DNA of 63,117 nt, the filler included, from Anaerolineae bacterium (GTDB taxonomy: Bacteria > Chloroflexota > Anaerolineae > Epilineales > Epilineaceae): NCBI GenBank assembly GCA_029262755.1. It is 6 parts of 6 records of this genome, joined end to end, with 100 filler letters (N's around TTAATTAATTAA, not from the genome) between each part and the next. Parts side by side here need not be neighbours in the genome. Positions count along the whole stretch, not along the records: positions 50,854 to 63,117 come from JAJCYU010000282.1; 5 more parts are not named here. One strand, given 5' to 3'. A model generated the notes under the pieces. The model searched no databases. It was not told the origin of the DNA and saw nothing but the letters and a program-made list of their open reading frames with translations. This document shows positions 51,879 to 60,464 of the stretch, one piece after another (the stretch's first letter is position 1; every line of letters begins with the position of its first letter). Position numbers and translations under genes: made by a program.

Positions 51879-52465
51879 GCAATCACCCGAAACGTCCCGC
51901 GTCCGAGCTTCGGCCGATCGCTGAGCACATCGTCGAGGAGTTGCGCCCATACTGCGAGCGCATCGAGATCGCCGGATCCCTGCGGCGGCGATGTGAGACG
52001 GTCTCGGACATCGAGATCGTCTGCGTTCCAAAGATCACGACAGGCACACTTCGGGACCTTTTCGGGAACGTCGATCAAGCCCACCGTGACAACGCCCTCG
52101 ACGCCTTCGTGATCGATCGACTGACGCGCGGACTCTTGCAGCATCGTCTCGACAAGAACGGGCGGAAGTCATTTGGGGAGAAGTACAAGCGGCTCCTTGT
52201 CGGCGACATCGCCCTCGACCTGTTCTCAGTCATCGAACCGGCGAGCTGGGGCGTGATCATGGCGATTAGGACCGGGCCGGCAGAGTTCTCGCGCAAGCTC
52301 GTCACGCAGCGGTGCGACGGCGGCTACCTACCGAACAAGTACCGCGTCCGCGACGGCGCCCTGTGGCGATTCGGCGAGGAACGGATCGAGGTGCTGGAAG
52401 AGCGGGATCTCTTCGAGTTGATCGAGCTCGACTACATCGAACCGGAGGACCGATGGCGACACTGA
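51875..52465 (+). CDS. Minimal family X DNA polymerase / nucleotidyltransferase (palm + thumb)
   Basis: IAGSLRRRCETVSDIEIV, LDLF, RTGPAEF, EERDLFELIELDYIEPEDR. Confidence 0.88.
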   Translation: MSNHPKRPASELRPIAEHIVEELRPYCERIEIAGSLRRRCETVSDIEIVCVPKITTGTLRDLFGNVDQAHRDNALDAFVIDRLTRGLLQHRLDKNGRKSFGEKYKRLLVGDIALDLFSVIEPASWGVIMAIRTGPAEFSRKLVTQRCDGGYLPNKYRVRDGALWRFGEERIEVLEERDLFELIELDYIEPEDRWRH

Positions 52466-52830
52466 TAGAGCGGATCCTGGCCAAGGTCGCGCCGCCCGAC
52501 GCCCACGGATGCCGAGAGTGGCTCGGGTACATCACGAAGAACGGGACGTGCCGAATTGAGTTCGGGCCCGGTATTCAAGTCAACGCTCGCCGCACCCTGT
52601 ACGAACACCGCAACGGACGTCTCGGCAAACACGACTGGCTCAAGCGGTGCCCCCTGATCGAAGCGTGTGTCGAGCCTGACCATCAATCTCGCCGAGTGGA
52701 GGGCGACTCCGGACGCCCGTCCCGTCGACTGTCACGGCCGCTCACCGGTTGGGAACACCTACACGGTGGTTCGGCTCGGCATGGAATGCGGCCGGAGGCT
52801 GCGTGGACGTATGAGAGGAGAACCGCATGA
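52453..52830 (+). CDS. Degenerate HNH / His-Cys box endonuclease-like protein
   Basis: GCREWLG...ARRTLYE...CP...CVEPDH pattern; GGAGG RBS. Confidence 0.55.
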   Translation: MATLIERILAKVAPPDAHGCREWLGYITKNGTCRIEFGPGIQVNARRTLYEHRNGRLGKHDWLKRCPLIEACVEPDHQSRRVEGDSGRPSRRLSRPLTGWEHLHGGSARHGMRPEAAWTYERRTA

Positions 52831-53030
52831 AACTAGGACAGATCCTGGCGAGCTGGCGTTGGGCGAACAAGCTCACCCTTCGGGCTGCTGGCGAACAAAT
52901 CGGGGTGTCCCCGGCGACGCTGCAGCGACTGGAGAAGGGCGAGGTCGTCCAGGGGGATTCCTTGGTGAAGGTGCTGCAGTTTCTCTTGGAAACCGACGAC
53001 TCTCCAGCGCCGGAAGAGGAGCAGTCGTGA
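52827..53030 (+). CDS. XRE-family HTH regulator
   Basis: LTLRAAGEQIGVSPATLQRLEKG. Confidence 0.88.
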   Translation: MKLGQILASWRWANKLTLRAAGEQIGVSPATLQRLEKGEVVQGDSLVKVLQFLLETDDSPAPEEEQS

Positions 53031-53544
53031 AACTGTGCTCGGGGAGTCACGGCGACAAGCACGCTGAGGTTGCCTTCGAGCGTGGGGATAGCTGCCCGCT
53101 TGTGAACTTCTGGACCGCCTACAGGTCCAGCGGGAAGAGGCAGCGGAGGAGAGGGGGTCGCTCGAAGCCGAGCGCGACCGGCTTCGTGACCAAGAGATCG
53201 GAACGCTGGGGCAAATCCTGCTCACCGAGTTTGAGCCATACCTCAACGAAGGCTCGGCCTGCGAGAACGCGGCACGTTTGCTGCGGGAGATGCGGCCCGA
53301 ACACGACCGATTGCGCGAGGTGGTGGACGAAGCGATATCGGTCGTGGCGAGGTGCAACCGGCCCGAGAGCACTGTCGATGCGAGCGAACTCGAAGCGGCG
53401 CTATGTCGAGCCCTCGACGCCACCCCTAGCGAACCACCAGAGCAGGCAACGTGGTGCTACGAGTGCGACGTGGAACTACCCCGGTGTAAGTGCGTACGGC
53501 CGGTCGTATCCCCGCCCGCGAGCGACGAGAAAGACGGTGGGTGA
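53027..53544 (+). pseudogene. Zn-finger / coiled-coil phage protein with apparent 1-nt frameshift near 53100
   Basis: VKLCSGSHGDKHAEVAFERGDSCPL continues as CELLDRLQVQREEAAEE in the -1 frame, which has no start of its own until 53278. Confidence 0.6.
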
Positions 53545-53810
53545 TGGCGAAGCCACTCGGATTTATCGTGATGGAGTCGTGCGACGACTACGAGCAGGGA
53601 CTTGCCCTCGAACAATCGGACAATCTGCCACCTGGAGGCATACTGAACTGGCGCGAGAGCGGACGGGTTGCGGTGTTCCCTTCAAGGCGAGATGCGCGCA
53701 AAGCGATCCAGCGTACTGAGCACTACCGGCTCGCGTTTGATTCGGGACATCCGATCAAGGAGTCCTGCATCGTCGTGCCGCTGGCTTTGGTTGAGGGCAG
53801 CGCTCAATGA
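53544..53810 (+). CDS. Hypothetical phage protein
   Basis: TGATG overlap with the previous stop; MAKPLGFIVMES. Confidence 0.65.
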   Translation: MAKPLGFIVMESCDDYEQGLALEQSDNLPPGGILNWRESGRVAVFPSRRDARKAIQRTEHYRLAFDSGHPIKESCIVVPLALVEGSAQ

Positions 53811-54049
53811 TCGTCGCAATCCTGTACTTCTCGCCGCTGCTTATCATCCCCGCCGCCCTCATCGCCGCGCTTTGGTACTGGCCGATGTACACACTCTGCG
53901 CCCTGGCGATCCTCGGCGTGTATCTGCTCGGCACCGACGGCGGCTACAATCGCGGTCGCGCATCGGCGGGGCAGCACCCACGCGGGGTCGAGCAGTGGGG
54001 CGAGCATACGTACGCGGCTTTCCTTGCAAAGTGGCGGAGGAGGAAGTGA
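53807..54049 (+). CDS. Small membrane protein
   Basis: ATGA overlap; two hydrophobic segments and a basic C-terminus. Confidence 0.6.
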   Translation: MIVAILYFSPLLIIPAALIAALWYWPMYTLCALAILGVYLLGTDGGYNRGRASAGQHPRGVEQWGEHTYAAFLAKWRRRK

Positions 54050-54345
54050 TGTGGCAGCGGGCTCGAATCCTACCCCGCGACGATTGCGCTGCGGAAACGC
54101 ACGGGCTCGAGGTCTGGGTCCAGGTCGGACCGCCGACACTGTCCAAGATAGCGAAGATCGGGACTGATGGAGCGTGGTGCGGAGGGGCCAGCAATCTTGT
54201 GGTGTTCGATACACACGTGACCGTGCCTGGTTTTGCTCAAGCTCTGGCCGTTGCAGCGGACGGCGTGGAACTTCTCCCGGAGTTCTCCGACAACGTGCAG
54301 CCGGTCGAGTACGGAGATTGGGTGGGTGGTGGCGCCCATGGCTGA
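54049..54345 (+). CDS. Hypothetical phage protein
   Basis: GGAGGAGG RBS and TGATG overlap; MWQRARILP. Confidence 0.6.
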   Translation: MWQRARILPRDDCAAETHGLEVWVQVGPPTLSKIAKIGTDGAWCGGASNLVVFDTHVTVPGFAQALAVAADGVELLPEFSDNVQPVEYGDWVGGGAHG

Positions 54346-54426
54346 CCCACTTCCGCCGGCGAAAGTCCCGGCCCCGAGCGTCGGGACTCTGGTGAACCGG
54401 AAAGACTCGGACGGAGGTTCTTCAAC

Positions 54427-54738
54427 ATGAAAGACCCAATGGGGCGAGAAGTGATCGAAGTCGGCGGGGTGATGTCCGAATCGTGCGTATCGCACCGGAC
54501 AGGGCACCCGCGCGTCAACGTCGTACTGGAGAGGGTCGGGGCCAACGAAGTGTTCCAGCTCGGCGTTGCCGAGGCCAAGAGCGTGGCCGCGCAACTGCTT
54601 GAAGCAGCGGAAGCTGCCGAGTCTGACGCTTTCCTATTCGACTTCGCCATCAAGGAACTTGGATTGTGTCGCGAAGAAGGGGCGGGTCTCATCGCCCGGT
54701 TTCGCGACTTCCGAACGGAGAGGAACAGCAGCAAATGA
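54427..54738 (+). CDS. Hypothetical phage protein
   Basis: GGAGG RBS; VSHRTGHPRV...LLEAAEAAESDAFLFDF. Confidence 0.7.
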   Translation: MKDPMGREVIEVGGVMSESCVSHRTGHPRVNVVLERVGANEVFQLGVAEAKSVAAQLLEAAEAAESDAFLFDFAIKELGLCREEGAGLIARFRDFRTERNSSK

Positions 54739-55220
54739 ATATTCTGGCAATCGATCCGGCGACGAAATGCGGGTGGGCTCACTCATGCGGCGAGTCCGGG
54801 ACCTGGGACCTCTCGGTACGCCGGGACGAGAGCGCAGGCATGCGCCTCATTCGGTTCCGTGGAAAGCTCCAGGAGATCGTCAGCAACGTCGGTGTCGACC
54901 TGGTCGTCTACGAAGCGGCCCGTCACGCGGCACCAAACATGCAGGGTGCCCTGACCGTCCAGGCGATGATCCAGGGCGTGCTCGTCACCTGGTGCGAAGA
55001 CAACCACGCCGAGTACCGCGGGGTGAGCCCGTCCGAGGTGAAGAAGCACGCCACCGGTAAGGGGAACGCGAACAAGGATCTGATGATCGCGGCCGCGAGG
55101 GAGCGGTGGCCGGAGGTTCGGATCCAGGACGACAACCAAGCGGACGCGCTGTGGATCCTCGACCTCGCCGAGCAGCTATACGCACTGGGCCTCGACGAAG
55201 GGGCTAAGCAGACGGGATAA
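54735..55220 (+). CDS. RuvC-like Holliday junction resolvase (phage type)
   Basis: ILAIDP, VVYE, PSEVKKHATGKGNANK, DNQADA (acidic catalytic residues). Confidence 0.88.
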   Translation: MNILAIDPATKCGWAHSCGESGTWDLSVRRDESAGMRLIRFRGKLQEIVSNVGVDLVVYEAARHAAPNMQGALTVQAMIQGVLVTWCEDNHAEYRGVSPSEVKKHATGKGNANKDLMIAAARERWPEVRIQDDNQADALWILDLAEQLYALGLDEGAKQTG

Positions 55221-55314
55221 CATCAGAGGCTGCGGTTCGCCTCGGCGGCCGGGTTCAATCAATCGGCGCGAGTCTGGATTGACTCGCCTGCCTACCATCG
55301 GATTGGATGCTGAT

Positions 55315-56511
55315 ATGGCCAACCCGAAGCACGTTGAGGTTGTGTTGCAGGGGGCAGTTGCGATTCGTGAGTGGCGCGCCAAGCACCCCGCGAAGACCCT
55401 CCATCTGCGCGGCGCGGACCTGGCCGGCGCGGACCTGAGCGGTGCGACCCTGACCGGCGCGGACCTGAGCGACGCGAACCTGCACCACGCGGACCTGCAC
55501 CACGCGGACCTGCACCACGCGGACCTGAGCCGCGCGAACCTGACCGGCGCGAACCTGAGCGGCGTGGACCTGAATGGCGCGGTCCTGAGCGGCGTGACCG
55601 TGGACAGCGCGGACCTGAGCGGCGCGAACCTGAATGGCGCGGTCCTGAGCCGCGCGGTCCTGAATAGCGCGGTCCTGCGCCGCGCGGCCCTGAACGGCGC
55701 GAACCTGACCGGCGCGAACCTGACCGGCGCGGATCTGAGCGGCGCGAGTCTCAACCGCTGTATACTTCGCTCGGCCACTTTGACAAGCGCGAGCTTTACC
55801 GGCGCTCGATTCGCTGACACCACCCTTGTCGATTGTGATCTGATGGAGGCCTTTGGTCTCGCAGAAGTGCGCCACGAAGGACCGAGTGATTTGGGGACTA
55901 GATCTCTGGTGCGGTCGAAGGGGAGGATTCCACCGGAATTTCTGCGCGGCTGCGGCCTCGACGACTGGGAGGTCGAGGCGGTCAAGCTCTACGATCCGTC
56001 ACTGTCGGACAAGGATCGGGTCGACGTGCTCTACGAGATAGATCGCCTTCGCGGGAGCAACCCGATCCGCTTCGACTCCTGTTTCATCAGCTACTCCCAC
56101 AGCAACAAGGAGTTTGCGAAGCGGCTCCACCACGACCTCCAAGAAGCCGGCGTGCGTTGCTGGCTCGACGACGAAGACCTCAGAATCGGAGACAAACTCC
56201 GAACGACCATCGACGTCGCGATCGAGTCACACAAGAAGCTTCTGTTGATTCTGTCCGAGCCGGCGATCGCAAGCGCGTGGGTCGAGAACGAAGTTGAGAA
56301 AGCGCTGGAGGAAGAGAAGCGTCGCAAAGACTCGGTCCTCTTCCCGGTCCGGATCGACGACATGATCCTCGACGAGGAGGAAGTCCGTCACGGATGGGCG
56401 CGGACGCTGAGGAGTCGCCACATCGGGGACTTCACGAAGGCGGAGCTCTACGAGAGCAGCTTCGAAAGGCTTCTCCGCGACCTCCGCGCGAAGCCAGGGG
56501 AACACAGCTAA
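55315..56511 (+). CDS. Pentapeptide-repeat protein with C-terminal TIR domain
   Basis: About 25 A(D/N)Lxx repeats; PPEFLRGCG linker; SCFISYSH...SAWVENEVEKA...LFPVRID. Confidence 0.92.
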   Translation: MANPKHVEVVLQGAVAIREWRAKHPAKTLHLRGADLAGADLSGATLTGADLSDANLHHADLHHADLHHADLSRANLTGANLSGVDLNGAVLSGVTVDSADLSGANLNGAVLSRAVLNSAVLRRAALNGANLTGANLTGADLSGASLNRCILRSATLTSASFTGARFADTTLVDCDLMEAFGLAEVRHEGPSDLGTRSLVRSKGRIPPEFLRGCGLDDWEVEAVKLYDPSLSDKDRVDVLYEIDRLRGSNPIRFDSCFISYSHSNKEFAKRLHHDLQEAGVRCWLDDEDLRIGDKLRTTIDVAIESHKKLLLILSEPAIASAWVENEVEKALEEEKRRKDSVLFPVRIDDMILDEEEVRHGWARTLRSRHIGDFTKAELYESSFERLLRDLRAKPGEHS

Positions 56512-56832
56512 GTGAGATCAGATCTGCGATTGGAAGACCTCGGGAAGTCCAAGCGCGTCGACGCGAAGCTGATGAACGTGAAGATCCCAACCGAGCTGAG
56601 TGACAAGATCGACCGTGTCGCGCGCGAGCTTGGGTGCTCGAAGACCGCGCTGATCATCGCGTTGTTCAACGAGGGGCTGGATGCAGCGGCCGAGCAACTC
56701 CGGGGAATGAAAAAGCCGAAGGCCCCCGTCGTGCCTGCGGGGAAGCGGTGTTCCGTTTCCGGATGCGAGCGGCAGCGTACCGCCAAGGGGCTCTGCCAAA
56801 ACCACTACCAGGCGGCGAGGCGGCGGAAGTAA
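56512..56832 (+). CDS. Ribbon-helix-helix DNA-binding protein with C-terminal C3H zinc motif
   Basis: LMNVKIPTELSDKIDRVARELGCSKTALI; CSVSGC...GLCQNHY. Confidence 0.7.
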   Translation: MRSDLRLEDLGKSKRVDAKLMNVKIPTELSDKIDRVARELGCSKTALIIALFNEGLDAAAEQLRGMKKPKAPVVPAGKRCSVSGCERQRTAKGLCQNHYQAARRRK

Positions 56833-56861
56833 GCCAGTGGTTCGAGGAGGTGCGAAACTCC

Positions 56862-57656
56862 TCAAACCGCTCGTATGGGTCGCTTGTCGGGCCCAACCGT
56901 CCAGCGATAGATCCCTGCGAAGGAAAGGATCGCTGTACATGCGAGACTGAGCACGAGGGCTGCCTCGGGGACAATGCTTCTTGGCGCTAGCTGCTGCGGC
57001 TCACGAAAATTCTCTAACAGGAATTTCCCTATTTCGTGCAGCGCAATGAAGACGAGAAACAGCTGGCCCGGATACTGAGCGCGGGCGCGGAACCGGTACA
57101 ACAGTCCGCCGACCACGAGCGGGAGCACCATCAGGTACAAAGGTAACGGGTGGACCGGCATGCTCCAATCAAACATCCCAACCATGCCGCGACTCCAATG
57201 CAGGTGCGCTGCGGGACTCTCCGGGGGATAAGAGATCGCCCATGGGAGCTCGCAAACCACGCCATGGCAGCACCCAACAGCTACGCATTGAAGCCGTACC
57301 GCCGCGAGAGCCCAGACTAGCGTGAAGGCCAGACAGTCTGCGACGTGACCGATCGCAGCGAACCCGCACCACAACGGAACCCAGAATATCAGCCCGACCG
57401 CGAGCCCAAGCACGCCCCCCGGCGCACGCATCCCCGAGTCCATTAGGCTCGACAACGAGCTTGGGTTCCCGAGCTCGAACGCCGCCCATAAGCCTGCCCC
57501 AAGGAACGCGAGCAAACTAAAGCCGAGTTGCAACACCCCGATCGTATACAGGGAAATTCCCCGGGCGCGAGCCTCGGTCACGAACACAACCGTGCCAACC
57601 ATGGCCGCAAACGCGATGCTGGTGGGGCCAACGATCGCCGCCAGGTGCGGAAACAA
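56862..57656 (-). CDS. Divergent prolipoprotein diacylglyceryl transferase (Lgt)-like membrane protein
   Basis: GMRAPGG, RLQCVAVGCCHG, LPWAISYP, VHPLPLY, GQLF, KFLLENFR. Confidence 0.8.
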   Translation of the reverse strand: MFPHLAAIVGPTSIAFAAMVGTVVFVTEARARGISLYTIGVLQLGFSLLAFLGAGLWAAFELGNPSSLSSLMDSGMRAPGGVLGLAVGLIFWVPLWCGFAAIGHVADCLAFTLVWALAAVRLQCVAVGCCHGVVCELPWAISYPPESPAAHLHWSRGMVGMFDWSMPVHPLPLYLMVLPLVVGGLLYRFRARAQYPGQLFLVFIALHEIGKFLLENFREPQQLAPRSIVPEAALVLSLACTAILSFAGIYRWTVGPDKRPIRAV

Positions 57657-57679
57657 CGGAGCTGACCCGACGCGCGTTT

Positions 57680-58834
57680 CTAGTTAAAGCAGGCGGCCTC
57701 GGTGAGTACCACGTCGCTATTGGGATCACCGTCGACGCTGCACGATGCACCGCACGAAGTCGTCGCACATATCTTGTTCTTCGGTGTAGCACTGCCCGAC
57801 GCACTCACTCGAATGTCATCATTGTCCGCACAAGTGAGAGTCGATGTCCGGACCTCGTTCCCCGCCGGGATATTGGTTCCCTGTTGGTTGAAACGCACGC
57901 AAACGTCCGGCGCATCGACAGTGGAGGTCTTGAGGATGTTTCTTCCGCCAGCGCCCGCGCTACCAACGAAGCGAACCGGAGCTCCGCGAAAGGTACCGTC
58001 GCGTACTTCGACACCATCGGAATCTTCGATATTAACGCTCACCTTCTTGCCCGACAGTGGCACATTCTCAACGCAACCGTTGTCGTAGTGGGCCACTATG
58101 TGCTCAACATCATTGTCGTCGGCCTCGAGGATGTAAATGTTCTCGCGGCCACTGCACCAGACCTGGCTCGCCAGCGGGGAGCATCCGGATATCGGCAAGT
58201 TCGTGATGGTGTTGTTATTGCTGCCGTCGGAGATGTGAATTCCCTCGTCTCCGTTGTTGCCCACCTGTACGCCCAGGAGTGTGTTGTTGTCGGAATCCTC
58301 GGTGAGCTCGATGCCGTAGCCACAGGCGGCACTGTTGCAACCGACGTTGTTGGTCCCGTTCCCGATGGCGTTGACACCTTCAAGGGTATTGTTATCCGCG
58401 TTCCTCAGCTCGATGCCGTCGTAAAAGCCCATGAGCTTGATCGACTTGATCGTAACCCCGCTCGCAGTTAGCCGGATCCCCACAATCGAATTTCCCGGAA
58501 CCGAACCACACTGGTTCAAGGGGCTCGGCATCGATGCGAAGGGGCCGCCACTACAGGTACCCCCGATACACATGCCGTCCTTCCCGCATCCTCGCCCCTT
58601 TAAGGACTTCCCTGCTCCATCGATAATGATGGTACCGGCCGGCGACGGGCCGGTGATCGTGAGGCCCGTCCCGCTACCACAGTACAAGTCTTGGTCCAGG
58701 GTATAAGTCCCGGGAGCACTAATTGTCTGCCCGCACGATATCGACGCAGCGACTGCCGGCCCGCCGCAGGTAAGGATCGCAACGACACAACTACCAACGA
58801 TCTGAAAGTAACGGGAGATACAACGGGTCTTCAT
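57680..58834 (-). CDS. Secreted Cys-rich right-handed parallel beta-helix protein
   Basis: Signal peptide; SCGQTI..PGTYTLDQDL.C; repeats GIELRNADNNTL, GIELTEDSDNNTL, GIHISDGSNNNTI. Confidence 0.82.
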   Translation of the reverse strand: MKTRCISRYFQIVGSCVVAILTCGGPAVAASISCGQTISAPGTYTLDQDLYCGSGTGLTITGPSPAGTIIIDGAGKSLKGRGCGKDGMCIGGTCSGGPFASMPSPLNQCGSVPGNSIVGIRLTASGVTIKSIKLMGFYDGIELRNADNNTLEGVNAIGNGTNNVGCNSAACGYGIELTEDSDNNTLLGVQVGNNGDEGIHISDGSNNNTITNLPISGCSPLASQVWCSGRENIYILEADDNDVEHIVAHYDNGCVENVPLSGKKVSVNIEDSDGVEVRDGTFRGAPVRFVGSAGAGGRNILKTSTVDAPDVCVRFNQQGTNIPAGNEVRTSTLTCADNDDIRVSASGSATPKNKICATTSCGASCSVDGDPNSDVVLTEAACFN

Positions 58835-58876
58835 TACAGTCCCCTTTCGCCGGCCCGCCCATCGGGGCTCGATCAC

Positions 58877-59155
58877 TCAGCTATCGTATGCTGGAGCAGG
58901 GACTGTCAAGGAATTTGGCGGCGCCGAGAGGTCATCCGCGGGTCCGAGGTTCACTCCCCCAGCGCCCCTCCCCCACCGCAGCGCCCAGTAGTCGCACTGG
59001 TTGGCCGGCTCGGTGAACTCCGGCAGCCCGAGCGCCGCTTCCAACTCGACCACTCGCGCGATGAGGACGTCTCTGTAGACCGCCTCTCGGCGTTCGCAGG
59101 CGCTGTGGTCGTCGGTGCTTGGCAAACGGTCCCCAGGGTTCAGGTCCGCAACCAT
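58877..59155 (-). CDS. Hypothetical phage protein
   Basis: Short ORF with plausible composition; no recognisable motif. Confidence 0.45.
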   Translation of the reverse strand: MVADLNPGDRLPSTDDHSACERREAVYRDVLIARVVELEAALGLPEFTEPANQCDYWALRWGRGAGGVNLGPADDLSAPPNSLTVPAPAYDS

Positions 59156-59448
59156 ACCCTGACGGAGTCGTAGGCGATCGTCACGACCGCCGCAGCGACC
59201 GCCGTCAGTCCGCGGAACATCCAGGCGAGCTTCATCTCGAGCCGGTTGATCTGGACGTCGGTGCGAAAGAGTACGTACAATCCTCTATTGACGCCGACCC
59301 CTTCGGCGGCAAACCCTGCTCCCAAATGCCGCCACCCTCGCTTGAACCACACGTAGCAATCGTTCGCCCGTCCGGTATCTGGGACTCTCGCGCACCGTTT
59401 CACGATTACTTGAGCCAGCATCGTTTCGCATCCCAGAACTTCCACACC

Positions 59449-60345
59449 ATGTCCCTGTCGCTAGCGTACCTGCGGGGAGAAGCAGCACGTATTGACGCGA
59501 CTCGGTCGGCTAAGACGTTCTTCCGCGTCAAACAGAGAGAGGAGCTTGCAGGTCGCGCATGGGTGTCTCTAAAGCGGTCCTTTCAGCGCAGACCCGGCGA
59601 ACAAGCATACTCGCCGGTGGTCGGCGACGTACAACGCATATTCCCCCGCATCCATGCGGGTTTTGTGGAGCATGCCTTGATCTCTTACACAGGCCTATTC
59701 GAAACGTACGCACTGTGCTGGGCTTTGAACTACCTCTTGGCCCTACTTGAAACGGGGCCTGGCTGGTCCCCGCGACAACGCCGGCTCGGACTGGCCCTCA
59801 ACCCTCTAGCTCGACAGGGCCGCCACAGGCTCCCAGGCACGCCTGAGGTTTTCAAGGCGTTCGAGTGGCTAACTGAAAGTTTGTCAACTTTACCGCACAT
59901 AGGCGCCGGTAATGATGGGAGAGAGTCGGCGGCACCGATATCCGCTATTATGCACGCGCACTCGGTGGTTCTATTTTGGCGGGACTACCGAAATTTGCTA
60001 GTCCACCGCTCCGGCATTGTGTCGAACCGCTTCCTGAACGAGCACGGGTCTCTGGTAGAAGAGATACGGAGTACTTTTCCGTACATTGCGCCGCTCGCAC
60101 TGGGTAAGCGCGTTGAGCTAAAGGACTCTGCGTTTCGCGCAGTCGCGTCTACGCACTACCGTGTCGCGCTGTTCATGAACGAGCGACTGAGAGAGACGTC
60201 CACCGGTCGACGCGGACATCCCTTCGCTCCCGATCCACACGTGCCAGACCGCCTCGTGCCTGACGGCCATCGGAGCGCACCGCTTCTCGTTGAAGGCGAC
60301 CATCCACCTTCTTTCGAGTGGCAGCAGTCGACCGTCCACCCGTAA
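59449..60345 (+). CDS. Hypothetical protein with HEPN-like RxxxxH motif
   Basis: YRNLLVHRSGIV, with upstream ALISYTGLFETY; lone plus-strand gene among minus-strand genes. Confidence 0.6.
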   Translation: MSLSLAYLRGEAARIDATRSAKTFFRVKQREELAGRAWVSLKRSFQRRPGEQAYSPVVGDVQRIFPRIHAGFVEHALISYTGLFETYALCWALNYLLALLETGPGWSPRQRRLGLALNPLARQGRHRLPGTPEVFKAFEWLTESLSTLPHIGAGNDGRESAAPISAIMHAHSVVLFWRDYRNLLVHRSGIVSNRFLNEHGSLVEEIRSTFPYIAPLALGKRVELKDSAFRAVASTHYRVALFMNERLRETSTGRRGHPFAPDPHVPDRLVPDGHRSAPLLVEGDHPPSFEWQQSTVHP

Positions 60346-60464
60346 CAGCTCTCTAACCGCCGTCTACAATTGAAGCCATCAGTTAGAGATGCGCAACGGC
60401 ATTCGGTTTGTCCTGGTAGGAAGGGCACCCTCGCGACGCCGGCAACCAAAAACGAGGTATCCGA

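Noticed and set aside
55411..55800. DNA repeat array and antisense repetitive ORFs (55176-55985, 55255-55875)
   Set aside because: Explained by the pentapeptide coding repeats on the plus strand.
60350..60389. Integron attC site (CTCTAAC...GTTAGAG)
   Set aside because: About 40 bp, shorter than known attC sites; no inner L boxes, integrase or cassette array seen.
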